DNA from: Amoebophrya sp. A120
Lineage: Eukaryota > Protista > Dinoflagellata
Direction of reading: 5' to 3'
Assembly (NCBI GenBank): GCA_905178155.1
Contig: CAJINV010000015.1
Coordinates: 333,309 to 397,308 of the forward strand
DNA length: 64,000 nt
How positions within the stretch are numbered: position 1 is the stretch's first letter; each line of letters begins with the position of its first letter. Positions 12,742 to 26,023 of this stretch are shown here, piece by piece. Below the pieces are notes generated by a model that did no database searches, had not been told where the DNA came from, and worked only from the letters and a program-made list of their open reading frames with translations. A program made the position numbers and the translations under genes.

Positions 12742-14699
12742 TATATTCTTCCACCACTCAATGTTTTTAGTACTGGTAATTTTGGGTCACTTCTATGAAT
12801 GTAGCTAGTTTAGCTTCTTGTCGTCGACTTTTTTCTAAATGTAGTGCGTAAAGAAGCTTCTGCTTAAAGTGTATGATCAACAAGTAGAAATTATGGTAGC
12901 AGAAACGGCGTTTTGCATACCGGTCTTATTTTCTGAGGAAGAAATTTTCGTATTAATAATTTTTTCCTCCGGCTCACTCCACTAGTATTTTTCTTCTAAG
13001 GGAAGAAACTTTGGCGGAAGTTGTGTAGAGGGTGCTCTTACGATTTGAGTTTTTCTTTACAAAGTGCACTCAAAAGTAGCAACTACAAGCTTCCTCGGGA
13101 AAAACAAAAATGGCTTCACTAACCAGTGACGGCATCTATTATCGTCCCCAACCTCCTTCTGGCCAAAGAAGGAATGATATTGTAGAAGAGTTTTATCGTA
13201 TACGGGCTTCCTAAAGAAGGTGTGAGCTGCGGCTTGACCACAGATGGTGGAGAGGTGGTCTTTACTAGTGTCTCAGGTGGTATTTGTTTGTGTGGAGTAT
13301 TTACAATCCAGAATCTTACAATTTTATGGCTTTCGTCATGTGACAAGCGTAGCGGCGTACTTTATATGTAGTGGCTTGACAGTAGAAGGAAAAGTTTTGT
13401 ATGAAAACTGTTGCGAAATAAACGAGTTTTACCAAACTGAGTTTACTTACAGCAGCGTGAAAGCAATCAATTTTATTGCCTCTGTCGTGATTTTGAGAAA
13501 ATTTTTTGGGGGGATAACAACGGGTACACGACGGGAAAAGCCACCCACGGCTTATGTCATGCCAAATAGCATGGCTGTTCGTTGTTCTTGTGTTCGTCTG
13601 AGCGTTGTTTCTACATAGAAACAAGCGCATGACAAATTCGAAATAATTGCTCGAGCTTGGGTACTACGTACCGGTAGTACTTTTTTAGGCCTAATAGATC
13701 CTGTGCTTTCTTTACGTCCCTTCAAAGTACAAGTAGAGACCGTGGAGGCACCTGCCGCCCGTTCGGAAAAATATATCGACTACTACGAGATCTTTCCTTC
13801 AACTGAACCTCCTTATGTATGATCATCGACGGCCCCTAGTGTGCAAGTGCGGCTGGGTTGTACTAACTAGTAGATCAGTGGACAATAGTACCGTTGGCAC
13901 AATGCTTATTTTGCCAGAGAAGTACTGCATCAAATAAATGGTTGCGAACAAGAACCAAGTTCTCGAGAAGGACCAGCATGAGATAGCAAGAACTACAAAG
14001 CTAGATCACCGGCTGCTTTACATCAAGACAGCGTGGTCGTGACTATCTGTAGCAAAGATCTGTTCCACTGCCACGATACAACTCAGAAGAAACATCCACC
14101 CACATCCATATAATCGCCCCGGGACACATTGCGTAGATCCTGAGTTGCCGCACTAGTTCTTCCGAAAGCTACATACTGAACAGAAGATCAAGATCCGGAG
14201 GACCACATCAAAGGAGGGAAATACTAGACATTGATCTCTTCATGTTTGAGGGATCCTTTAGGACGGGGCTATCTCAGGTTTTGTGCGAGAAGGTAAAGTA
14301 GATCTTCGTTCATCCTGTCGCTTCTATTCTTGTTGAATACGACCACGAGATCAAGAACCACGTCGGGAAAATGTATAGCATGACTGATATGACTCGTCGC
14401 GTGTCTCGTGAGTACCAGAAAAGTCAAATTTCTGCTATTGCTACAAAGAGTTCTTCTACTGCTCTTCATTTTGGATCAGAATCCTCTTTAGGATCAGTTG
14501 TTCCGACCAGCCAAGGATAACACGAATTTCGAGCGCCTTGTCCACCGAGACCGACCTTTCCGCCCACCACCTACAATCACGAACAGACGCAGTGCCAAAT
14601 TGACGAGCACCTTGCCTTGGTCTCCACTTCAACAGAAATTTTTTCAAACAACAACAAGCGCCGCGCCGGCATGCAGAAGATTTGCATGACAAATATTTT

Positions 14700-17600
14700 T
14701 CAAACGTAGTCGGGGTAGGTACGCGTTGTCACAGGGTACCGAACCAGCGTCCTTTTTTTGTTGTGCGGCGATTTCGACCAGCGAGATGTTACTTGTGGCA
14801 AGGAGGACCTACTGAGACCGCTCCCACATCTCCGGTCATTTTCACCAAGACCGGCTGCTTCTCCTTCAAACTCGTTTTTCCCCCCCAACTCATTCACCAC
14901 TTCGTTCCACAACTTTATCTGCTCGCCATCCCTGGCGTATGAGAGTGCACAACTCCCCCTCCCCCTCATTTGCAGGGCATAAGCAGCAACACAAGTTCTG
15001 CCATAAGTGCACGTTTTGCATGACAAATTCGCTACCGATTCTAGGGTTGTGGCGGGGTCCGGAACCTGTCATGCAAGCAGTGCCAAGGGAGAATGGGTCG
15101 ATTTGGTATTTCGCATGACAAATGAGGGGGAGCAAGTGGAGTTCTGCACTCTCATATGGCAGAAAACAGCAAGCAAACGTGAATCACTTTGTTCTCGTCC
15201 GACCCAACCGCGTCGAGAAATTCATCGATCAAGTCATCTTTTTCCAGGTCGCCACTAGGGACAGCGAGCGGCTTGTCGTGATCTTCTCTCTGCTCAATAC
15301 CATCCTCGCAGGACGAGGCCCTTGCCCTACCAGTTGCTTTCTCCCTTCGCGCCTCGGCCACGATGTCGCGGAAGACCGCTGCCACGTGTCGTTTCTGCGC
15401 GATCTTCTCGCGTGAAGAGCTGCAGAAGGTGTTCTCCCTCACCACGCACGCGTCTCGCAAAACGTCTAATAAACGCGACTCTCTGCTACTGCTGCAAGCT
15501 CGTCCCGAGCTAGAAGAACTACAAGAGGCTCTACTACGAGCACCTGTGGAAACCAGCGAGATTTTCTGGAAACTCCGAGTCAGGCCGTCCATGGAAGCGT
15601 GGAAAGCTTCTTCATTCTGATGTCCGTCATGACCATCTTCCTGCTCGTCCATCTTTGCAGCTCCCGGTTCTTGTATCATGTCGCCAGGTGGAGATGAGCC
15701 TTCCTCAGGTTTGATTCGCGCACGAGCCTGTTCTGCTTCCCCCGCCTCCCCTGCTTGCGACCGCGGCTCCGCAACCAAGGTCTCCAGTTCCAGCAACAAC
15801 GCCGTGTCTTCGAACCATCTGCTCTCCCGTTCCGTATGCAGTGCAAAAGCATCGTACTAGTAGAAGTAATTGCGATTACAACTAATTAGCTCACAGCATT
15901 ACAAATTGAATCAAATTCAATTTCAATGGAAATTGAATCTTTCTCAATAGAAATCAGCATTACAAAAACAAATTGTAATGCTGATTTCTATTGAGAAAGA
16001 AATTTGTCATGCATAAGTGCGATTAGTTTTTGATTTTGTACGAGTACGATAGTTTTCCAAAGGATATTCCGCCCGACAGAGTAGCTCCTTCACGGCGGTC
16101 AAACGTGTGTCCCGCTCGGTCAAAACACCCCTGCACTCGATACACACTAAACAGGGGACACAGATTTTTGTTGAAAACAACGCTTCCTGCGGAGTTTTTT
16201 TTATCCCACGAAAAAACTGCTTCACTGTGATGGTTTTGCAAGATCCGCATCACAAGTTTGCTACACATGACACAGAAAATTAGCCATGCGTGCTTCCCAA
16301 GAGAAAACACGCTTAAAAATCCAAAGCCTTGCAGGTGTAGCAAGACAAATAGTTCTGTGTATACACTCTGTGCATCACAGCTTCACATTGAAACGCTTTT
16401 TTCTTGCGATATTTTTCCGCCCGAGTTTGCCCGTGATTTTTTGCCGCTCGTCGCGAATTTTTTATCCTGTGCAAAAGTATCGTACTCGTAGTAATCGCAA
16501 CCATGAATTACAAGTCTCCTTCGCAACCTCAATCCGCATGGCAATTTCCGTTTTTCATGCTGAGGGAATTTGTCATGCGATTTCTACTAGTACGATGCTT
16601 TTGCATTTCATATTTTTCCACAGACAGCGACCAGCGCGCGGTGCTGCTTTTTCGGATCTAAGGATGAAGAAACGATTTCCCGCATCAAACGGAAAAATCC
16701 CCCCGCCCCATACTCAAACTTCTAGAAATTTGTGATGCAGATTTGTGGGCACAAATCAGCTTTGTCATGCTAGAAGGGAAAGGATGCGGACTGTAGTGCT
16801 GGTTGGCGTGGGAAAACCTTGCATCTTGAGAATGACAGGGGGAAGCTGGAAGTGGGAAACAGCATGACAAATTGCCTGCAAACGAGCGCACAGCTGCGTC
16901 TCTTGGCCTTCTAGCATTACAAGTCGATTTGTGTACTCAAATACAGCATCACAAATTTCCGGTTTGATATGGGGAGGGGGGATCTTTCCTTACGATATCC
17001 CGCTCCAAAGCGCTGCGCCCGAGTTCCCGGAGGTTGTTGAGCTGGAGACACTGCAAGGTCTCCGACAAATCCAGGACAAACCGGGTGAAAATGTCGCGCC
17101 GAATGTAGTGCTCTGGCAGCCTTCTTTCTCCCACGGCTTGCAATTCCAGGTCGGCGAAGGTGGTGCCATTTTCATAGTTTGCGGCAAAGTCGAAGGCCTG
17201 GAAACCGGTGCGGAGTATCAAGGTAGAAAACTACGAACAGTTGTCCAGGTTCCTCGCGTTCTTGTTCTTAAGCTTTGCACGAAGATATGTGGTCGCTCGC
17301 TGTTTCAGTTTCCAAATCTAAGTTCATTTTGCAAAACCAAAACTGCTATTACGTCCACCACTCGTGCTCATATCGTTACAAAAGTGGAAAATGGAAATAT
17401 GATCGGAAGTTCTGTAGTTTTCACCCTCCTATCGAATGTGACATACATGCTCTGGCCTTCCGTGTAGCTCTCCGACTCTTTTCCCCGCCCGCAGACCTTG
17501 AGTGCGAGAGCGCAGCGGCTTTGCAGCGACAAGTCGCCCTGATCCTGACTGCCATCTCGGAAGATCTGCGCGACGCACTTCTCTCCCCTGGAAAGCCCGT

Positions 17601-20600
17601 ATTTGAAAAGCTCGTCCGTGCTGAGAAAATCTGACAGAAAAACACGGTCCTGCAACAGCCGGGGCAGCGAAGATGATGATGAATTAGTATTATAGGGAGC
17701 TATGCAATGCAAAGGCATCGTACTAGTATAAACTGCATGACAAATTAGCCCAGCATTACATATTTGATTTGTAATGCTGATTTACCTTGAAAAAGAAATT
17801 TGTGATGCATCAATGCAATTACTACGAGTGCGATACTTTTGCACAGGATAGGAGCAGCTCCAGCACCAACGTGACGGCTACGTGATGTTCCCGTCGTGGT
17901 GCTGCTAGCATCGGGTTTATCAAGTGCAAAAGTGTCTGGGTCTGGAAGAATGCAAGTTTGTCATGCTTGTTTCACATGACTGTTGAATTTCTCATGCCCA
18001 TTTAATGTCATGCAGAAACGCAGTTTGTCATGCAGGATACGCAACACCTAGATCTAGAAGCTCAGAAACTTGTCATGCTGCGCCAGCACTTGTGGCCTCC
18101 TCATGGTACGCCACCCAGCATCACAAGTTTCCAGACCCAGACATATTTGCAATGCATAGGGTTTAATTTTCCAGAAAAACTCGTGAAACACTTCCGCACA
18201 GAAGTTTCTTCTTTCCTCCCGCCTCCCTAAAAAGGAGGCAGTGCCGTGTTTTCGTTCGTCCCCTGGCTCCATTGACTCAGATAGAAACTCCTTCGTCAGC
18301 AGCTCCTTCCTAATCTCCTGTTCCTGCTCCAGTTGTATTTGCTCCTTGAGTTTATGTACTGCAGCTGTGGACGAGATTTTTTTACTTACAAGACCATCTG
18401 GACGAGGAGGCGAAGGACTTGATTTCATACTCGACGAAGGCGGTGCGCGTGCGCTGCCTTGCTGTGTAAAAACAGTTGAAGACGGTGGACCACGGGTAGA
18501 AGTAGTACGTGCGAGACCTGCCTCCGTCTCCTCCATCACGGCTTGCAGGCGATCCTATGCGAGTGCACAACTCCCCCTCGTTCTCATTTCTCATGCAAAA
18601 TCTCAACTCCATCTCCAATTGCTCCGCTACCCTGCGTCACTATTATGCATGACAGATTCCGGAAGCCCAAAGCAAAACATAAACAATAGATACCACACGA
18701 CTGGGCGCATGAAGAATTTGCCATGCACTGGCTCCACGTGTCTTGGTGTTTGTATTGCTGTTGATGCAATACAAATGAGGTGGGGGAGGGTGAGTTGTGC
18801 ACTCTCATAGATCCACGCGAATGCGCTCTTCTACCCGGGGATCGATAGCAAGTCGGAGAAAGGTATGCATTCGCATATCGCACTCGTACTGATCGCATTT
18901 ATGCATTACAAATTTCTTTGTCAAGTTAAATCCGCATTACAAATTCCAAGTCTAATGCTGAGGAAATTTGTCATGCGATTTACACTTACTAACTAGTGCG
19001 ATACTTTTGCAGAGCATAAAAGGTCATGAGAGTCCGGTGGAAAAGATGCCGCAACGCCTCGTGATGTACGCGAACGCTTGGTTCCGGCGCTCTGCCAGCC
19101 TGTTCCAACATGATCTTCAATCCGGGACGATAAAATCGATTGTGCAACATCCATGTAGTCGGGTTGCCATCAGCATCAATAAATGCGCAGCTACCTGGCA
19201 GTTGCGAACTTTGCTGCTGCAATGTTGTGAGGAAAACTTCCCCTGCTCCCCACGCTCAAACAAGGATGATGTGTGATGCGCAGGTTGTAGCTGAAAATTT
19301 CAAATGTTGATTTGTATGCAGCAGGAGAAGGCGCGGGATATTACCTATCGCATTTTTTTGCGGGCTATGCGGTAGAATTCTTATTGCTGTACTCGTCGCG
19401 CAGGCTTTTGATTCGCCCAAAGAGGCTTCGTTTCCTTGTCGCGATTTAATACAACACGGCTCTTGTACAACGGAATAAATGATGTTGGTACGCAAGTCGC
19501 AGTTACAGGTTGAGTATGGGGAGGGAGGTGGAGTTTCTACTTTGATATGCATAAGGGGTTTCATGCCGAAGGCCCCACGTGGTCCGACCAAGTACCACTC
19601 ACAGATATCAATTGCAAACATGTCTGGGTTTGGAAAAGTTAAAATGCAAAATTGTCATGCGTCCTGTGTGCCAGTCAAACTCTGTACTACCAAAACCAGT
19701 TGCGAAGACGTTTCTACTAATGCGGGACAATGATCAGCACTGCGAAGACCTTGGGGAGGACAATCAACTGTGAAGTAGACGTTTCTACAAATAGCACTGT
19801 GAAGAGCTTGGGGAATCTGCGATGCTGGTGCTGCATTGCAGAAGCAGACGACCTCATGGGGCAATCCAAATCTGCAAGCAGTCTTCCAGACTCGTCAGGT
19901 ACATTTGCAATAGATAGCAAAGCCGGCGAAACAACAGCTGCCCGGAGTTAAACTCTGGACTTCTTCCCCTTTCTGCAAGTATAGCTTCACCAGCAGGCGT
20001 CTTTTGAAAAAAATCCGCCCAGAGCCCGCGGTGTCTCTCGGGGTTCAATAAGGACGTCAATTTTGGCGCTCGTCCTGCCTCGGCAACTTCATCAAAGTGG
20101 GTAAAAAAGCTCGAAAGCCAGGCTTTGACCTGGGAAAAGAACTGCGACGACTGAACTTGGACGGAAGACAGTCTCTCAAACTCGGGCGTGTCGCGCTCCA
20201 GGGGTTGTTCTCGGAAAGAAAAATGTTGAGCCGCCCAAAGCAGGTCCTTTCCGAGATCAGTACCAGGCTGAAGGATCAGGGCGAAGCAAGCCAGCTCCTT
20301 CCCGTGGGTTGATTGGAGGAAAGCCACCAGTTGGTCTGCGACGGAAGTTGCAACTCCAGTAACGGAAAGCGGTGGCTTGTTTCTTCCTTTCCCTGTCGTT
20401 CCACTGCCACCAGCAGCAGACGATTTGGCATTGCTCCCTTGATGCTGTTGGGGAGAAGAAGTATCGTACTCACTCGAAGTCGAATACGAATTTCGAAAAG
20501 AATTATCAGTATCCTGCGAGATAACCACCCGTGGGAGTCCGCCGTGGTAGCGCCGGAACCCCGGAATACTTTTCGGACGATCTGTCGCGTCGTGCAAAAA

Positions 20601-23600
20601 CGAGTAGTCAAGGAAATCATCAGGAAAGCTGTGCATTGTATCCTGTGCGGCATCATCAACGTTCCAGGAGGGCATCCATAAGGTGCCCGCGCCGTAGCGT
20701 ACGTCTGACGAGAGACGCTGGTAGCAGACGCGAAGGTAGTCCTGCTTTTCCCTTGCAGCCGTCACCATGCAGTCTACTTGCAAAGCGTCGTGCAAAAAAA
20801 GCAGGCTGCTCAGGATAAACTCCCAGTCCAAACCTATCTCTGGTTCTGCCTCGACTCGTGGTCGTGGAGGTTGCTCTTGCTTCTGGAAGTAGTTCTTGTC
20901 AACCTTTTTCTGATCAAGCAACAACAGCCTTGGAAACAAGGCCTGCGCATTGCCTGCCAAAGCGTACAATTGGGCCAGCTGCGCGCGGAGTGCGAGTTTC
21001 GTGAGACCTGGGGGATGAATATCGCACTTTTCACGTCGGCATGCCTCCCTGTACGCTTCGCGTGCAGCCTCTTGCATGTCCACTGGTAGGTCCTTTATTG
21101 CCTCTTCGAAATCTTTTTCAGCTCGCAAGGCAAGGTCTTGTTGTGCCTCCTGTGCTTCTCTGAAAGCAGCTGCACTCAGCTTATTTCCGCGCTGGCCGGC
21201 CTCCTGCTCATGTTCTTTCTCCGCGGGAGATGATGATGATGCTGATGATGGCCCAGCTTGTGAAGACCCGCCTTCTACTGTTTCACGAGATAAGAAAGTG
21301 CTGCCACGCCGCTGCGGGTCGAGAGCGTGGCCTTCTGGTCCTGCACGCCCAACAAAATCAGCGAGGACACTCGGCTCCAAAGCGCGCAAAACTGCAGCTT
21401 CTTGCTCCGGGTTTATATCCTGCGCAAAACTTCTTCGACTGCAGTCGCTTAGAACTTTATTCGAAACTGCATACAGTACAATATATAAAATGCATTCCCG
21501 CCACTGTGGACGTAGTAGAAGCTATGCGAATTCAGCAGCAGCATGACAAGTAATTGCGCTTAATCATTTATTCCTCATATAGGAAGAGAAATTGTAATCA
21601 TCATCGTACCATCCGTAGATGCAGTTTCTTGCTGATGCCTACTAGGTGCGGTCTATAATTCGGGGTTATTTGCAATTCATAGGAGAATCCCTTTGCCATC
21701 TCGATCAGAGCCTCTATTTCTCGTTCATCCGGCCAACTCCTTTGTTTCGCCGGTTCCGTAGGTTCTTTCGACGACGCTTCAACATCCGTAGTATTCAATG
21801 AAAAAGCCTTGCGCACGCTCTAATCGCAGTCATGCATGAAGACAGGTCTCTGGCGCTGATCTCTTCAGGGAAATCAGCAATGCAGAGACAAACTGCATTT
21901 TTCCTTCCGGAGAACATGAAAGCAAAAAATTGTATTGCGATCTTTATTTGGTGTCTGGAGTGCGATGCTTTTGCAAGGCGTAGATAGCCATCGACCCAAC
22001 GGAGGTGGGCGGAAGGTCCTGCTTTTCGTTCTGCTTCTGCTCGTTCATCTTCTTCTTGGATTTCGTTTCCATGTGAGAGATCAGGATATGACAGTGCACA
22101 ACCCCCCCTCGTCCCCCTCATTTGTACAGCATGGCCGGCTACACAAACTAACATCAGCAAGAATTATGCCGGTTTATTTGCATGACAAATTTACACTGGA
22201 CAGTGTAGTTCTATTTGGGCCACCAGACCTTGTCGTACAAACAGTGCTAAGAGGCACAGTCTCAGTTTGGAATTTTCCACGACAAATGAGGCGGAAGGTG
22301 GAGTTGTGCACTCTCATACAGGAGGAGCCTCTCTGCCGCGCGTTCCACATCGCCGTTACTTTCCGCGAGGGCACGCGTGGCCTCGTCTCGCGGAAATCCC
22401 ATGTCGCATAAAATTTCAAGTTCTCTTCCGTTGGCCTCTTGACGCCGCGGGGGTGGAGTACTAGAAACGGCGATATCACAGGACGTCGCTGGGAAGCGGG
22501 CAATTCGCGCACGGAGGTGCTGTACTTGCGTGGTTTCTGGCAGTTTGAGGTCTACCCCACTAATGTAAGCTTCAGTTCTAGACGAGTCGGTCTCTGCTAT
22601 GACAGCAGGTGCAACAATATTATAGCGACCGCCCCTGCGCCTGCGCCGCTCCTCAAGTAGTCGCGTCAAAATACGTTCGTTCTGTGCGTCGTCTATTTCG
22701 TTTTCGTTCACGGCAAGCCACGTAACGACGTTGCAAGCGTCCATCTCGCAGTCGGTTTCCAGAAGAGCACGCTTGATTCTGTTTTGATTCCAATTCCATG
22801 TATACCCCATCTTAGTCAGTGCTTCCATGAATGCCCGCAGCTCTTTGTTCTTCTTTTCGTCGTCGTAGAACGCGCAATCATCTTCAGGCACCAGTTGATG
22901 TTCTTGCGCAGTTGTTGTAGAACTAGCGGGATCTCGATCTCGTCCTGTTGATGGGTCTACACTAGAAGTACTAGTCCGCCCCTGAAGATCGCCCGTTGAG
23001 GCAGTAGCCCCGTCTTGTTCCATCGATTGTTTTCTCTCTACTTCGGGGGCTTGTTTTCTCTCTTCATCCAACAGGTCGTTCTTCTTCACGGGGGGCCCTA
23101 ATTTTCTCTTCGTTTCATCTTTCTTATTCTTGCCTCGCACGGAAGTAGTTGTATTTTTGTTGATACGAAGATCAGCCTGCTTTTCGCTTTCATCCCCGTT
23201 CCTGCTACGCTTCCATCTTTTTAAGTACGAAGATGCGTCCTGCTTCGCCAATGTCGTCAGTTCGTAGGCGTCCTCGCTTGGAGGTCGACCACATGCTTCT
23301 ACAGCCGGCTGCAGCTTTGCTTGCTTGGAGCTCATCTTTGCTTCTGCAACCGGCTGCAGCGGCTCGGGGTATTTATCTCCAAAGAGCCTCATGTAAGCCT
23401 GCTCTCCGTCTCCATTGCTTTGAGTAAGAGCACGCGCAACCTCGTCTCCCGGAAATCCCGTGGAGCACAACCAGTGCTTGTCTGGAGAAAGAAATCTCGG
23501 GTTATTGTCATCATGAAGGAGACTCTCCAAAGCGCATTCCACTTTGCCTTTGCTTTCCACAAGAGCGCTTGCGGCTGCGGCTCGCGAGCATCCGGACACG

Positions 23601-24205
23601 ACGTCGCACAAAAATTCGACAGGCCGCTCTTGCGGTGGAGGAGCTGGAGTTGTGCTAGTCCTCCGCGCGGCCTGAAGATCGCCCGTCGACGCAGCCGCTC
23701 TGTCTTCTTGATCATTGTTTCCCCCGTTTTTAGGTTCTTGCCCTGGGACGAAGGCCTCGGTACTGGAAGACGCGGTTGCTGAAGCCGCGAACGCAAAACC
23801 GAGACCTCCCGTAGAATTGATACTTTCACGTGCAGAGAAATGATATTGTAGGGCGGTCGTGTCTAGTACTTCAACTTCCTGTTGAAAGTAGTTCCATCGA
23901 CGTCCTGGTCGGGCCGGCGCAAGAACTATCGGGCAGCCACTATTCATTTCACCGGTTTGCGACACGCCGTAGTTGCCGCATTCGAAAAACCTAAAGGTCC
24001 CGACGTAAAAATCCTCCTGGCCGGCGAGGAGCAGTCGTAACAAAAAGTAGAGAAGCCCACTGGTAGAAGACCCGCCAACCCCAACGGCGCGGCCGCGCGG
24101 GTTGTGTGGTCTCCGGCGCATATAATCCCGTTTTCCTTCGCAGACGACCGCGTCGCTGCTAGTTTTTCTGGGGGTTTTTGAGAAGGAGCGCGTGTTTTTG
24201 CCCAT
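14700..24205 (-). CDS. Gene 2: large multi-exon protein with about 4 UBA-like domains in its N-terminal part; 13 introners and probably one GT-AG intron (~17231-17447)
   Basis: UBA-like motifs LCSTGFPGDEVARALTQSNGDGEQAYMRLF and LCDMGFPRDEATRALAESNGDVERAAERLL. In-frame joins RLLL|ISHMETK, SMAI|PEQEAA, RRLC|EWYLVG, KPLMQ|QQSSQ and FSA|RDGEQIK...PDYV*. Start codon uncertain. Confidence 0.7.
14938..15156. mobile_element. introner family F
   Basis: TIR; DR tggcg/tggca. Confidence 0.9.
15835..16066. mobile_element. introner family D, expanded
   Basis: TIR; DR ttccg. Confidence 0.85.
16202..16411. mobile_element. introner family H (TIR TATC.CACGAAAAAACTG.TTCAC)
   Basis: TIR; DR ttttt. Confidence 0.9.
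16463..16612. mobile_element. introner family D
   Basis: TIR; DR ttttt. Confidence 0.9.
16683..16997. mobile_element. introner family C (left end CAT)
   Basis: TIR; DR tcccg. Confidence 0.9.
17701..17850. mobile_element. introner family D
   Basis: TIR; DR ggagc. Confidence 0.9.
17918..18158. mobile_element. introner family A variant
   Basis: TIR; DR gggtt. Confidence 0.9.
18556..18809. mobile_element. introner family F
   Basis: TIR; DR gatcc. Confidence 0.9.
18864..19018. mobile_element. introner family D
   Basis: partly deleted left TIR; DR aaagg. Confidence 0.85.
19223..19547. mobile_element. degenerate introner family C
   Basis: decayed TIR; DR tgcaa/tgcat; in-frame junction. Confidence 0.8.
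19606..19916. mobile_element. degenerate introner family A
   Basis: decayed TIR and DR; in-frame junction under the 5-nt rule. Confidence 0.75.
21416..21982. mobile_element. old, enlarged introner family D
   Basis: ends tatcctgcgcaaaa ... cttttgcaaggcgta; DR lost; in-frame junction under the 5-nt rule. Confidence 0.7.
22087..22318. mobile_element. introner family F
   Basis: TIR; DR cagga; in-frame junction. Confidence 0.9.
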
Positions 24206-26023
24206 CTTCCAGGAAATGAAAGTCAATAACTGTTGTCGGGGTGGAAGGCGAAGGTTCGATTTCCGAAAACAATGGACAAAACAAAAATCAATCGTAATAT
24301 CAAAACAAGCGGAAATGGAAATCAGACAAAGATCGAAATTAGAAAATGAAACTGTTTCTTGTCATAGGTGGGCTTGCCTCACGTGTAATTCATTGTGGGC
24401 AGCAACTATAATCGACATCGGGTTCAAAAAAGTTCTCTTCTTTGGCTCTTCAAGATGCGCAAAAATACAGGGGTAGACATTTCTTTTTCAGACAGAGAAA
24501 ATTGTAATCACACGACACCAATAAATCCAAAAACAAGGACACCCTATTACGGCGCTCAGAAATGAAACTAGACTAATCGACTTGACTCAAACAAAAGGGG
24601 AAAACTGCCTTCCCGCTTTTCATCTTCTTTCTGCAGTTTTCTGGTACTTCTTCATGTGATTTGTTTCATAAACAACCTTTTGCACTACACACGAATGTTC
24701 CCCTGAAACCCCGCGAATATCTTTGACCTCCCTCCCTCTTGAAGATGCGATACAACGTACTAGATCTTCTATTGCGTACCCTAAACATCTCAAAGTTTTG
24801 ATTTTGAACCTTCCAAGTCTGGGGCCACCGTGCGAATGCGCTTCAACATAAGGTACACGTATATGAGATCAAAATTATGTTGATCATTCTCTGCAACCCT
24901 TCCTATTCCTTCCACTTCAAGAATACTTGGTCAACAAAGGATCGCTCTGCTGTAGACAACAAGTTGACAGCCTGTTCAAGTTCATTCGTTCTTGCAGGGG
25001 GGCCATGCTGCTGACAATAAGTAGAGATCCCTCAGATCCCTCAGAGATATATCTATATGAAAAGCAGGATCTTTGCCCTGGTGGCAGCGACAGCAAAGGC
25101 ACACAAAAGACACCGACACTGTTCCTAATCTTGGACTTAATATTTTTGCGAAGATCTTCCTGCAATGTTCCCGAACTGATTGTGCTTTTTTTACACCAAG
25201 AAATACTACTAGACTTTGACTTAATACTATTGAGCGTTTGATCCTCACACCGTCGTGGCCGCCCCTCGGGGCGATCGGTACGTATCCTAGTATACTGTAA
25301 ATCATGAGAAGATCCTTTTATTAGTTTTACTTCCCGTTTCCACCAGAGAGACCAGGATTTTTGTAGCAGCTATAATTATATGCGCCCACTCGTCGGTGGG
25401 GTGCATTTTTTTCCCCTGAGTAAACTCACTTCTTTCCGTAGATGGAAATAGAAAATGCCCTCGAAGTTGTAGACAAAACGAAATCTCTCCGAGCTGCAAA
25501 ATGTTGTCACAACAACTCATCACGGGCAGAAGTCAGCTCGAGAAGTAGAGGGACATCTTCATGCTTTTGCTCTTATTCATTTGTAACAATCTTCTTTTTT
25601 TTCTCAGAAAACGAATTACTCTGGCCAAATATAACGAAATCTGTATTCTCTGCACAGAACGAAAATGAAATACATGAGCTTTTTGCTTCACACACAGCAA
25701 AAGGCTAGCCCTAGCGCTAGTACAGTAGTAAAAATCCGCATCAACTTAGCAGGAGCGACCTGCATAATTTCATTCTTACACTCACGACGCAATGTTGCCT
25801 GTTCTGCAACCACACAGATTTTTCATGTTGCCCGTCTGTAAGTACTTCACCTACTATACGTCGCCATGGTCGTCCAACATGCAAGCCGGGTTTTTCATCA
25901 AAAAACAAAAAACGGCTGTACAAGCAGACTATAATGCCACATTCAAACGTGTACCGGACCACCACATCCAAACTGGCAATTTCGACTCGTTCCTGCTGTT
26001 CCGTTATCCACCCGTGCAAGCCC

